Source of the DNA: Candidatus Levyibacteriota bacterium
Lineage (GTDB): Bacteria > Patescibacteriota > Microgenomatia > Levybacterales > UBA12049
DNA: 64,000 nucleotides
NCBI GenBank assembly: GCA_027334565.1
Contig: DAHWUP010000001.1
Coordinates: forward strand, 94,726 to 158,725
Direction: 5' to 3'
Positions 20,213-28,853 of the stretch are shown one piece after another (position 1 is the first letter of the stretch; each line of letters opens with the position of its first letter). The notes under the pieces are model-generated. The model did no database searches. It worked only from the letters and a program-made list of their open reading frames with translations, and had not been told where the DNA came from. The position numbers and the translations under genes were made by a program.

Positions 20213-20935
20213 CTATCTGTCTCTCCTAGCCCAATATTCGGAAGCGCTATAAAGGCTTTTAAAGGTTCCCGCGTCGCTCCAATAACCATCTAATTTAGCC
20301 CATCTGAGTTTTCCTTTTCTAATATATTCATTGTTTACATCCGATATTTCGAGTTCTCCTCTTTGTGACGGCTTAAGGTTTTTTATTATTTTAAAGACTT
20401 CGTTGTCGTAAAAATATAGTCCGGTTACGGCAAATTTGCTTTTCGGCTCCTTCGGTTTCTCCTCTATGGCGATTATCTTTTGCGGGTCATTCTTATTGAA
20501 TACTGCAACGCCGAAGCGTTTTGGATCTCTTACTTCTTTAATAAAGATTAATGCCCCTTCCTTAAAGCTTTTGACCGAATCGCTGATATCCGCATCCGTA
20601 GTATTATCTCCAAGGATCACCGCCAAACTATCGTTGTCGGCAAAGCTTTCGGCCAACGATAATGCATCGGCGATTCCGCCATCCGGCTTTTCCTGGTATG
20701 CGTATTCTAAATGTTTTAGTCCGAACTCTTTACCGTTTTTTAAAATACCCAGGAAATGACCGACATGCGGGCCGCTGGTAACTATCAATACCTGGTCTAT
20801 TCCTGCCTTGACCAGCGTTTCTATTGGATAAAATATCATCGGTTTGTTATAAACCGGCAATAAATGTTTGTTTGTAACATGCGTCAGAGGATAAAGTCTG
20901 GTTCCCAATCCTCCGGCTAAAATTACTCCCTTCAT
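20213..20935 (-). CDS. rmlA: glucose-1-phosphate thymidylyltransferase (short form)
   Basis: MKGVILAGGLGTRLYPLT signature. Confidence 0.8.
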   Translation of the reverse strand: MKGVILAGGLGTRLYPLTHVTNKHLLPVYNKPMIFYPIETLVKAGIDQVLIVTSGPHVGHFLGILKNGKEFGLKHLEYAYQEKPDGGIADALSLAESFADNDSLAVILGDNTTDADISDSVKSFKEGALIFIKEVRDPKRFGVAVFNKNDPQKIIAIEEKPKEPKSKFAVTGLYFYDNEVFKIIKNLKPSQRGELEISDVNNEYIRKGKLRWAKLDGYWSDAGTFKSLYSASEYWARRDR

Positions 20936-21198
20936 GCCCCTCCTTCAATTACAAAAAATAAAATGGATAAACCCAGTAAACCGATCAGACTATATTCTAT
21001 CACAATTCTTTTAGTTAATTCATGATTGATAAAGTGATGAAAAATTCCCCAAAGAACATAAGCAATAATCGTTAAGGTGACGGTTAATTTTTGTAAATTG
21101 AGGTTCGGAGAAGTATATACCGTCAGTAAGAAACCGGTTGTAAAAATCGCCAGCAGCGACAGGTAATAACCGATATGTTTTTTAAGTTTTTTCATCAC
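20932..21198 (-). CDS. small membrane protein (88 aa, 2-3 transmembrane segments)
   Basis: ORF coupled to its neighbours by 4-nt overlaps; hydrophobic. Confidence 0.35.
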   Translation of the reverse strand: MMKKLKKHIGYYLSLLAIFTTGFLLTVYTSPNLNLQKLTVTLTIIAYVLWGIFHHFINHELTKRIVIEYSLIGLLGLSILFFVIEGGA

Positions 21199-22136
21199 AA
21201 TATCGCTCCCCTCGCCAATATCAAAATTATCAAAAGTAGAAGCGAAAAGAATATCACGTGATCCAAATTATGACCGACGAAACGAATAATTTTCCTCCTC
21301 TCAATCACAATCATATCCAAAATCAATACAAATATAAACAATCCGATTATCATCCTCGCTGACAGAACGGAAAAGGTTGCGCCGTTAACCAAGGGCTGTT
21401 TTAATCCTGTGCCTGCGTTGACCGCCAATTTTTGATTTGAGCCGATCTTTTGAACGGCAAGTGTTTGTGAAGCTGTGCTATTAATCGCCTCGCCGACCGT
21501 AGGCGTAGGTAGCGCTTGGGCAACCTGGACCGGCTGCGCTGTTTCCTGTTGCGGGCTAACCGTCTTCGTGGCAAAAGTCGTACTGCCAAACATTTCTACT
21601 ATTAATACCGTATTCTCACCGGTAAGATTTCCTGTTTCTACCGCAAAACCGACATCGTTATATTTAGGTGATAACATATTTTCTCTGTGTGAAGGACTTG
21701 CCATCCAGGCGTTTACCACGGCATCGGGTGTAGTATAACCTCTTGCGAGATTTTCTCCGGCATAAATATAGTTATAACCTGCACCTTTGATAAAATCCCA
21801 AGGCGTTGTTCCGTCGGGCGCAATATGTGCCCAATAATCCTTTGCGAACATATCCGCAGCCTTACCGGCCGCAGCTTGCGAAAGTTCGCTGTTTAAACTA
21901 AGCGGCGGCACTCCTGCCGCCTGTCTATCTTGATTGGTTAGGCTCAAAAGTGCTTCTTGGGAAATATTTGAATAGGTACCTAAAACGGAAGGATAATTGG
22001 TTCTCAGAAATGACATTAAAAGCCCTGCCGAAAAGAAAAATAGGGTAAGCGCTAAAAGGATCTTGTGATGAAGGAGTCTTGCTCTATAGTTATTGCTCTC
22101 ACGCGGCAAAAGCAGGTGCTTGAGAAATCTTGTCAT
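21195..22136 (-). CDS. CAP/SCP/PR-1 domain protein with N- and C-terminal transmembrane anchors
   Basis: CAP motifs (GHYTQVVW-like ...AWMASPSHRENML...). Confidence 0.7.
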   Translation of the reverse strand: MTRFLKHLLLPRESNNYRARLLHHKILLALTLFFFSAGLLMSFLRTNYPSVLGTYSNISQEALLSLTNQDRQAAGVPPLSLNSELSQAAAGKAADMFAKDYWAHIAPDGTTPWDFIKGAGYNYIYAGENLARGYTTPDAVVNAWMASPSHRENMLSPKYNDVGFAVETGNLTGENTVLIVEMFGSTTFATKTVSPQQETAQPVQVAQALPTPTVGEAINSTASQTLAVQKIGSNQKLAVNAGTGLKQPLVNGATFSVLSARMIIGLFIFVLILDMIVIERRKIIRFVGHNLDHVIFFSLLLLIILILARGAIL

Positions 22137-22142
22137 ATCTTT

Positions 22143-22460
22143 TTAATTATATACTGGAGCGGCCAAATCTCCAATCTTCCTGCCATTTACCGGAATTTTA
22201 AGTAAATATCCCAAGGCATTAGCAATCGAAATACCCACCCTAAGTCCCGTAAAAGAACCCGGTCCCTCAAAAACTAAGATTTCGCCAAGTGCATCAGGCG
22301 ATAAATTGTGTTTTCTAAGTAGCTTATCTACAAGCGGTAAAACCGCTTCCGATTTTAATAGTTTGGAATCGGAAGTAATTCTTTCCGACTTTTTACCGCT
22401 TAATTTGATCTCGACGTAAATTTTTTTATTGTTGGAAGTATCGATTTTTAAAAAATTCAT
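22143..22460 (-). CDS. tsaB: tRNA t6A biosynthesis protein TsaB-like, truncated to 105 aa
   Basis: GPGSFTGLRVGISIANAL motif. Confidence 0.6.
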   Translation of the reverse strand: MNFLKIDTSNNKKIYVEIKLSGKKSERITSDSKLLKSEAVLPLVDKLLRKHNLSPDALGEILVFEGPGSFTGLRVGISIANALGYLLKIPVNGRKIGDLAAPVYN

Positions 22461-23044
22461 GTATCCATTGTAATACTAACGGCACCCTGACGCAAAATTT
22501 TCCAAGGTTTGACAGTTGTGTCGACCACCGTTGATACCCCCTTTAGATTACACTTACCGGGCAAAACATAATCTACTAATTTTGTTAATTTCGGATTCAA
22601 ATCATTAAAGTCAAACGGAGTGTCTTCCCCGTGAAAGTTGGCCGACGGACCCAAAAGTCCGACTCCCAAACTACGAATAAGCGCCAGGGTAATCATATGA
22701 TTTGGCATTCGAAGACCGATAGTTTCCCCTCCTCCTCTAACCAATCGGGGAATCTTATTTTTTTTGCACTTCACCACTACGGTTAATGCGCCCGGCCAAT
22801 ACGGACCGATAAGCTTATCCTCCACTTCATGCGGAATATCAAAGGCATAACTTTTTGCCATACTTACCCCGTTAACCAAAAGAGGAACAGCTTGATCATG
22901 CGGCCTCTTGCGTATACCGAAAAGTCTCTCTATCGCTTTTTTGTCATCGACCCTGCAACCGATACCGAAAGCGGTGTCGGTGGGAAATATGATTATCCCG
23001 CCACGGTTTAAAACTTCGATTGCTCTGTTAAGATCATTGCTCAT
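22457..23044 (-). CDS. tsaC: L-threonylcarbamoyladenylate synthase TsaC/YrdC
   Basis: YrdC fold (IIIFPTDTAFGIGC). Confidence 0.8.
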   Translation of the reverse strand: MSNDLNRAIEVLNRGGIIIFPTDTAFGIGCRVDDKKAIERLFGIRKRPHDQAVPLLVNGVSMAKSYAFDIPHEVEDKLIGPYWPGALTVVVKCKKNKIPRLVRGGGETIGLRMPNHMITLALIRSLGVGLLGPSANFHGEDTPFDFNDLNPKLTKLVDYVLPGKCNLKGVSTVVDTTVKPWKILRQGAVSITMDT

Positions 23045-23468
23045 AGCGCACGACCGTGATTCTTCTTTTATCGTTTTTCAAATCTTCGATATGAACCTCA
23101 ATTCTTCTTGCGGGAAGCATAGTTCCCATCTTCTCCGCCCACTCCAGCGCAACGATAGAATTTTTATCATTTATGAGCTGGTCTATCCCTGTTCCCAAAA
23201 GATCTGCGTTATTTTGAATCCTATAAAGATCTACATGGTAAAAACTACCATCGTCTAAAGCATAGCTTCTGACAATTATAAACGTCGGGGACATTATTCT
23301 TCTTTTTATACCTAAACCCTTGGCCAATCCTTGAATAAAAGAAGTTTTACCGCTTCCGAGCTCTCCGTAAAAAGCCAGCACATCGCCGGGGTTGATTTGT
23401 GAAGCGAACTTTTCGGCAAGTTCTTGGGTTTTTGATACGCTATTGGTCAGATATATTACTGTCTCCAT
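23034..23468 (-). CDS. tsaE: t6A ATPase TsaE/YjeE
   Basis: Walker A motif YGELGSGKTSF. Confidence 0.8.
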   Translation of the reverse strand: METVIYLTNSVSKTQELAEKFASQINPGDVLAFYGELGSGKTSFIQGLAKGLGIKRRIMSPTFIIVRSYALDDGSFYHVDLYRIQNNADLLGTGIDQLINDKNSIVALEWAEKMGTMLPARRIEVHIEDLKNDKRRITVVRYEQ

Positions 23469-24300
23469 TTTTCCTCGCCTTAAGATAATTATCTATCTTG
23501 GGATAAAAAATTACTATAGCACACAGTGACATAAATATTATCCCCAAAAAAATCAGAATTTTCGAAATAGCTTGTTTATCCGCTGCGGAAAATAATTGTA
23601 GGCTGTTTCCGGGGGAACCCGTGTCGGACGGGATAGAAAACAAACTATTGGTATTCTGACTTAAAACCTGTTGTTGCGCGGGGTTTATGACCGCTGAGGT
23701 CGTTGCGTATGGAGTGGGGGTTATGGTCGATTTGGGAGTCGGCGTAACCGTTAGCGTGGGAATAGGCGTAAGGGTCGGGGTCGAAGTAGGAGCGGGCGTC
23801 GGTGTCGGGGTGGGCGTAGACGTAGGAGTCGGAGAAGGTGCGGTCAGTGAAACATTAACAACATTTGACCAAGTGGCACTTGAACCGTTTTCGGTATATC
23901 TTCCCAATTCGAGGTCATATGTACCGGATCCGGTATTGTTAAAATTTGGATCGTCGTTTGCCACCATTCCCTGAACATTACCATACCAGGAGCCATCCGA
24001 AAAAGTGGTTATCGTCAAAAACTTCGTATAATCAATCGGCGAAGGCGTTCCATTGTACCATTCGGAACCATTATAGGTAGAACCGAAATAATTTGTCGTT
24101 CCCGTTTGCGCCAGGACAATTCTTAACCTATAAATAGTATTTGAAGACAAACCGCTCATGGTTGCAGAAATTGTAAAACTTTGATCAATGTTTATGGATG
24201 AAGGATAAGTAGTAATTGTCGGGGCGGAAGCGATGGCAACCTGATCGGAAAAGAGTAACCAAAATAAAAAAACGAATGCAAAAATTTTAACTGATTTCAT
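23440..24300 (-). CDS. secreted surface protein with a Pro/Thr-rich linker and a C-terminal transmembrane anchor
   Basis: Signal peptide, a beta-rich domain, a TPTPTPTPAPTSTPTLTPIPT linker, then a transmembrane segment and a short tail. Confidence 0.5.
   Translation of the reverse strand: MKSVKIFAFVFLFWLLFSDQVAIASAPTITTYPSSINIDQSFTISATMSGLSSNTIYRLRIVLAQTGTTNYFGSTYNGSEWYNGTPSPIDYTKFLTITTFSDGSWYGNVQGMVANDDPNFNNTGSGTYDLELGRYTENGSSATWSNVVNVSLTAPSPTPTSTPTPTPTPAPTSTPTLTPIPTLTVTPTPKSTITPTPYATTSAVINPAQQQVLSQNTNSLFSIPSDTGSPGNSLQLFSAADKQAISKILIFLGIIFMSLCAIVIFYPKIDNYLKARKNGDSNISDQ
23700..23860. repeat. low-complexity GGNGTNGG / Pro-Thr codon repeat
   Basis: Seen directly in the sequence. Confidence 0.6.
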
Positions 24301-24328
24301 TAATTTTGATAAAATTTCCTACATTCTA

Positions 24329-25564
24329 TCAAAATCCATTAATCTTATAAATCGCGAATATGCTGCTTAGCGAATATTTGCTGGTAAACGGAATCCTGTG
24401 CCCGTTGGGCGTGAACGGGTCGTTCATCAAATAATTACCTCCGTTATAATCGGTAAGAACTACGAAATGCGTATCGCCGTTTGAATACTGGATCCCTGCC
24501 ACCACCGGTCTTCCGTTTTGAAGTTCACTGTCGATTACCGATTCCACTCTGGTTGATGTTACACCGTCTGCCGTGATAGTAAAGTTTAAATAAGCCGGGT
24601 AATATGATGCAAAATTAGAAGGATTGGAATTGATCGTTTGTGGGGTGACATCTCTGTGTCCGTAATGAGTATATACCATTGCCATTGATGTGACCAGACA
24701 ACCGTCACTGGCCAGAGTATATTCGGTACCGTTTAATGAGTTTCCTCCCCACTGACTGTCCCTTTGGTTATAATAACATCCCCAATCGTCACATACCGTT
24801 TGATTACCCAGCAGCGAAGCTCCTCCCTGGCTTTGGGCAAATCCCGAAAATCCTGCCAATTGAGCTTTCGCCTGTGCAAGCAGCTGCTGGTAGGTAGCTT
24901 CGCTACCCTGCGTTTGGGTCAGGAGGTCCTGTTCTGCCTGTTTCTCCTGATTGAGTTGATTTGTCTGCTGCTGTAGCTGCGTTTGCAAAACCATCAGTTG
25001 TTTTTTTTCATTCTCGAAAATATTTTTCTGGTTTGAATAATCAACTTTTGCCTGCTGGGTATCATAAATTAATTGCCTGTCATGTGCTTGCGCAAGCTTT
25101 AAATAGTTTAGCCGTTGCAAGAAATCCGAAGCGCTGCCCGACGTTAACAGAATCTCCAGCGGCTGAATCGTTCCCACTTCATAAGTAGCCACAATTCTGT
25201 TCAGCAAAACTTCGATCGAACTACTTAGGGCATTTTGCAGACTGGTGATTTTTTTGGAGGCGGTGTCAATGTCCAAAGTGATACTGGTAATTTGTTCTTC
25301 CGTAGCTTGAATCCTTGCCTCCGTTAACTGGATCTGGGTATCCATTAGCTGAATCTGGGACGAAAGGGTTTTTTCCTGACCTTGCAAATCCGCAATTTTT
25401 TGTTCGTACTGTTGTATCTGCTGCTCAAGCGAGGAGATATCGGGGGTCGGGGTCGGAGAAGTATCCGAATACACGCTTTTAATAAAAGGCGCAAGCAAAA
25501 ACAATATCAATAAAAATGGCAGAAAAAGGAATTTTCTTAGACTTAATTTCATAATCCATAACAC
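24329..25564 (-). CDS. secreted coiled-coil protein with a C-terminal peptidase C39-like (Peptidase_C39_2-type) domain; PcsB-like putative FtsEX-controlled cell-wall hydrolase
   Basis: Signal/transmembrane segment, about 200 aa of Q/L-rich heptad coiled coil, then a Cys (DGCLVTSMAMV) ... His (GDTHFVVLTDY) papain-like domain; directly downstream of ftsEX. Confidence 0.55.
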   Translation of the reverse strand: MLWIMKLSLRKFLFLPFLLILFLLAPFIKSVYSDTSPTPTPDISSLEQQIQQYEQKIADLQGQEKTLSSQIQLMDTQIQLTEARIQATEEQITSITLDIDTASKKITSLQNALSSSIEVLLNRIVATYEVGTIQPLEILLTSGSASDFLQRLNYLKLAQAHDRQLIYDTQQAKVDYSNQKNIFENEKKQLMVLQTQLQQQTNQLNQEKQAEQDLLTQTQGSEATYQQLLAQAKAQLAGFSGFAQSQGGASLLGNQTVCDDWGCYYNQRDSQWGGNSLNGTEYTLASDGCLVTSMAMVYTHYGHRDVTPQTINSNPSNFASYYPAYLNFTITADGVTSTRVESVIDSELQNGRPVVAGIQYSNGDTHFVVLTDYNGGNYLMNDPFTPNGHRIPFTSKYSLSSIFAIYKINGF

Positions 25565-25586
25565 AAGTTAATAAATGCCGATATTT

Positions 25587-26453
25587 TTATTTTAAATATC
25601 GTAAAACCGCGATAAAACTGGAGATTATCCCCAAAATTATCGCCAGTAAGACCTCGGTTCCCAAAAGCAATAGAAGACCTTCCGTGGAAGCGGGAAGAAC
25701 CGGTATTCCTTTCAGAAAAGATTCCAAGAAAGGTGTTGCCCACAACAAACTCGAGGTTGCTATTAACCAACCGATAGCGGCTCCGACCAAACCGTAAAAT
25801 ACGCCTTCGGTGATAAAAGGAAGCCTGATATACCATGCGGTAGCACCGATAAGCCTCATTATTTCAATATCTTCCTTCTTTTGTGATATTTTCATTCCGA
25901 TAATAGTGGCCATGATAAAAATCGATACCAAGGATAGTAACGCGATCAATCCTAAACCGATTTGTCTTATCGCATCTGTCCAGGCGGTTAGGGTTGAAAC
26001 GACGTCTTGCTGATAAATAACATCCGATACAATAGCACTCTTTTTAAGCATATCCGATATCGAACCCAGATCCTCAAGTCTTACGGTCGATATTTCAAAT
26101 GAAGCAGGCAAGACATCCGCGGTGACCAGATCCAGAAGCAATGGGTCATTTTTGTTTTGTTGGCGATAAATATTTAAAGCATCGTCTTTTGATACGAACT
26201 TGATCGACGAAATTTTACCGGTATTCATCAGTTGGCTTTTCAGAGCGGTTATATCGCTTTGTTTTGCATCATCCTTGAAAAAAGCGGTGACCTGGGGTTT
26301 GGATTCGAAATAATTTATTACCTGCGAAGATCCGACCACTAAAAACGCAAAAAATGAAATTACCAAAAACGTTAAGGTCATGATCAGAATTGCCGCCAAA
26401 GCCTGATATGGCGATCTTCTTACATTCCTGGTCGTAGTTTTTAGAAATTTCAT
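25587..26453 (-). CDS. ftsX: cell-division ABC transporter permease FtsX
   Basis: Four transmembrane segments, a large extracellular loop, coupled to ftsE. Confidence 0.8.
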   Translation of the reverse strand: MKFLKTTTRNVRRSPYQALAAILIMTLTFLVISFFAFLVVGSSQVINYFESKPQVTAFFKDDAKQSDITALKSQLMNTGKISSIKFVSKDDALNIYRQQNKNDPLLLDLVTADVLPASFEISTVRLEDLGSISDMLKKSAIVSDVIYQQDVVSTLTAWTDAIRQIGLGLIALLSLVSIFIMATIIGMKISQKKEDIEIMRLIGATAWYIRLPFITEGVFYGLVGAAIGWLIATSSLLWATPFLESFLKGIPVLPASTEGLLLLLGTEVLLAIILGIISSFIAVLRYLK

Positions 26454-27223
26454 TTTTTTTGCTCCTCTTCTTTATGCTTATTTAAATTCTTATCCTGTTC
26501 CTGTGGTTTTGTTTCCGGAGATTGTCCTTGATGTGAAGCATTCTGTTGTCCTTCTTCTTTTGGTTTTTCGTCCTTTATGATTTTACCCTTTTCAATCCGT
26601 ATCACTCTTTTTCCCATATTTTTGACGATTTCCGTATTATGAGTCGCCATGATTACGGTTGTTCCGTGGCTATTGATATCCGATAGCAATTTAACGATCT
26701 CCCAGGATGTTTTATCATCAAGATTTCCGGTCGGCTCATCGGCAAGTATGATTTCGGGATTCAAAGCCAGAGCTCTTGCGATCGCGACTCGCTGCAATTC
26801 CCCGCCCGAAAGCTGCAAAGGAAACTTCTCTTTATGTTCTGTCAGTCCCACCCGAGACAATATATCGTTGGTTGTGTTTACCGCTTCTTGATCTTTTATA
26901 CCGGCCACATCCAACGGAAGGTAAACGTTTTCAAAAACCGTACGGTCTATAAGTAGTTTAAGGTCCTGGAAAATTACTCCGATTTTTTTTCTTAAAGCTG
27001 AGAGCTTATTTTTAGGAAGCTTGCTGATCTCCAGATTATTCACTACGATATCTCCTGTCGTAGGCGATAAATCTTTAATTATGAGTCTGAAAATCGTGGT
27101 TTTACCCGAACCTGTGGGTCCCACCAAAAATACAAATTCGCCTCGTTTAATAACCAATGATACGTCTGACAGGGCGAATGTTCCCGTTCCGAATTTTTTA
27201 GAAACATTGTTCAAGAGTATCAT
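26450..27223 (-). CDS. ftsE: cell-division ABC ATPase FtsE with a K/E/Q-rich C-terminal extension
   Basis: Walker A (GPTGSGKTT), ABC signature (LSGGELQRVAIARAL), Walker B; about 35 aa of low-complexity tail. Confidence 0.85.
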   Translation of the reverse strand: MILLNNVSKKFGTGTFALSDVSLVIKRGEFVFLVGPTGSGKTTIFRLIIKDLSPTTGDIVVNNLEISKLPKNKLSALRKKIGVIFQDLKLLIDRTVFENVYLPLDVAGIKDQEAVNTTNDILSRVGLTEHKEKFPLQLSGGELQRVAIARALALNPEIILADEPTGNLDDKTSWEIVKLLSDINSHGTTVIMATHNTEIVKNMGKRVIRIEKGKIIKDEKPKEEGQQNASHQGQSPETKPQEQDKNLNKHKEEEQKK

Positions 27224-27729
27224 TACTCAATTTCAATCCTTCCGACATCCATTAACCAACCTGCGACTTGAGCTTTTTGGGTTTGTCCCCATACTTTAAT
27301 CTTTTGTCCCACATATTTAGACAGATCCACAATCGATGAGGTAAGATAAACATTTTGGCTGTCTCCGCCGGGGCGGACAAGATGGAATGCGCCCTCCCCG
27401 TCTATTCCGCCTTCTTTCAAAACCCCTTCGGCGGTATCTTTAAACGTCTGTGTATCGTTAGAACCGATGATAGTACCTTTTGGTGTCGACGAACCGCTTA
27501 AGATCGATCCCAATCCGGAAGTTGAAGTATTGGATGACGACTTGCCGGATACCATAAAGCCCGAAATTATACCGACAATTATTACCAATGCCAGTATTAC
27601 CAATACTTTGGGGGTAAAAGCATTCTTTAGATTTTGCGAATTGAAATTACCGAAATCGTGTATCAAAGGTTGCTCTTTTGTTTCCTGTTTCACATCAGCC
27701 AGTTTTTCTACATCTTTCTTCTTTTCCAC
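27223..27729 (-). CDS. hypothetical membrane-anchored protein (168 aa)
   Basis: Single transmembrane segment, a Ser/Gly linker, then a globular domain. Confidence 0.4.
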   Translation of the reverse strand: MEKKKDVEKLADVKQETKEQPLIHDFGNFNSQNLKNAFTPKVLVILALVIIVGIISGFMVSGKSSSNTSTSGLGSILSGSSTPKGTIIGSNDTQTFKDTAEGVLKEGGIDGEGAFHLVRPGGDSQNVYLTSSIVDLSKYVGQKIKVWGQTQKAQVAGWLMDVGRIEIE

Positions 27730-27824
27730 TTAAACCAATCACCTCCCATAACAATAAGTAAACCATATTTTAGAGGTTTTGGCAACCCTCTTACGCCTCC
27801 GTAAATAGCGCCGGATAATATCTT

Positions 27825-28853
27825 TTATAACTTTCTTAACTCTTCATCGATAAAGGCATCGAGGCCTCCGTCCAGCACGGAATCCGCATTGGAAGTTTCG
27901 TAACCGGTCCTTAAGTCCTTCACCATTTTATACGGATGTAAAACGTATGAACGGATCTGATTGCCCCATCCGGGTGTTTTATAGCCGCCTTTTAATTTTG
28001 CCTCCTGTTTTTTCCTTTCTTCCTCCTTAAGAAGCCAAAGCTTGGCCCTTAACATCTTCAACGCATATTCCCTGTTTTGACCCTGGTAACGTTGACCTTG
28101 TGCCGTAACGGTGATACCGGTAAGTTTATGGATCAGTCGTACGGCGGTCGAGACCTTATTAACATTTTGGCCACCATGCCCGCCGCTTCGAAAAAATTCC
28201 CATTGTAAGTCTTCATCTTTGATCACTATGTCGGGGGCTTCCTCGATCTCGGGCAAAACTTCAACAAGAGCAAATGATGTTTGTCTTAAGTTATCGGCGT
28301 TAAAAGGTGATTGCCTTACCAAGCGATGCACCCCCGCTTCTCCTTTTAAAAAGCCGTAGGCATAATTCCCTTTAACCTCAATAATTACGCTTTTTAAACC
28401 TGCTTCCTCTCCGGGTGTTTCCTCCAATGTCCGAAACTGCCAACCCCTTTTTTCGAAATATCGCGTGTACATCCGGTATAACATGTGTGCCCAATCCATC
28501 GCCTCGACTCCGCCCTGACCCGAATGGATCGAGAATAACGCCGGGGCATTATCATATTGGCCGGAAAAATATAAAAGCGTTTCTAATTCATTAAGCAGTT
28601 TTTCCGCGGCCTGATATTCCTGAGACTTTAACAGATTGGCCAGTAATTCGGCTTTTTCCACTTCATCCTGAATAATCGAAAGTTGTTTCATTTTCTCCGA
28701 TGCCTGTTTCTGATCTTTCCAGAAATCCGGATGGAGAGATTCCGCTTCAATTTCCCTGATCTTTTTTCGTTTATCTTCAATCCCGAATTTTTCTATAACC
28801 TTATTTATTCTTGCCGTCAACTCCTCCATAATATTAAACAAACATTGTGACAA
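27825..28853 (-). CDS. prfB: peptide chain release factor 2
   Basis: SPF and GGQ motifs; one continuous ORF with no frameshift site. Confidence 0.85.
   Translation of the reverse strand: MSQCLFNIMEELTARINKVIEKFGIEDKRKKIREIEAESLHPDFWKDQKQASEKMKQLSIIQDEVEKAELLANLLKSQEYQAAEKLLNELETLLYFSGQYDNAPALFSIHSGQGGVEAMDWAHMLYRMYTRYFEKRGWQFRTLEETPGEEAGLKSVIIEVKGNYAYGFLKGEAGVHRLVRQSPFNADNLRQTSFALVEVLPEIEEAPDIVIKDEDLQWEFFRSGGHGGQNVNKVSTAVRLIHKLTGITVTAQGQRYQGQNREYALKMLRAKLWLLKEEERKKQEAKLKGGYKTPGWGNQIRSYVLHPYKMVKDLRTGYETSNADSVLDGGLDAFIDEELRKL

Noticed and set aside
23687-23974. Plus-strand ORF encoding a GVGVGV repeat protein
   Set aside because: It is the antisense reading of the Pro/Thr codon repeat within the 23440-24300 minus-strand gene; a repeat artefact.
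26455-26560. K/E/Q-rich low-complexity tail of FtsE as a separate feature or gene fusion
   Set aside because: It is continuous in frame with ftsE and has no independent start; treated as a lineage-specific tail.
27825-28853. Looked for the programmed +1 frameshift site typical of prfB
   Set aside because: The RF2 ORF is continuous from an N-terminal Met through the SPF and GGQ motifs, and I see no in-frame UGA or CUU UGA C shift site; not frameshifted here.
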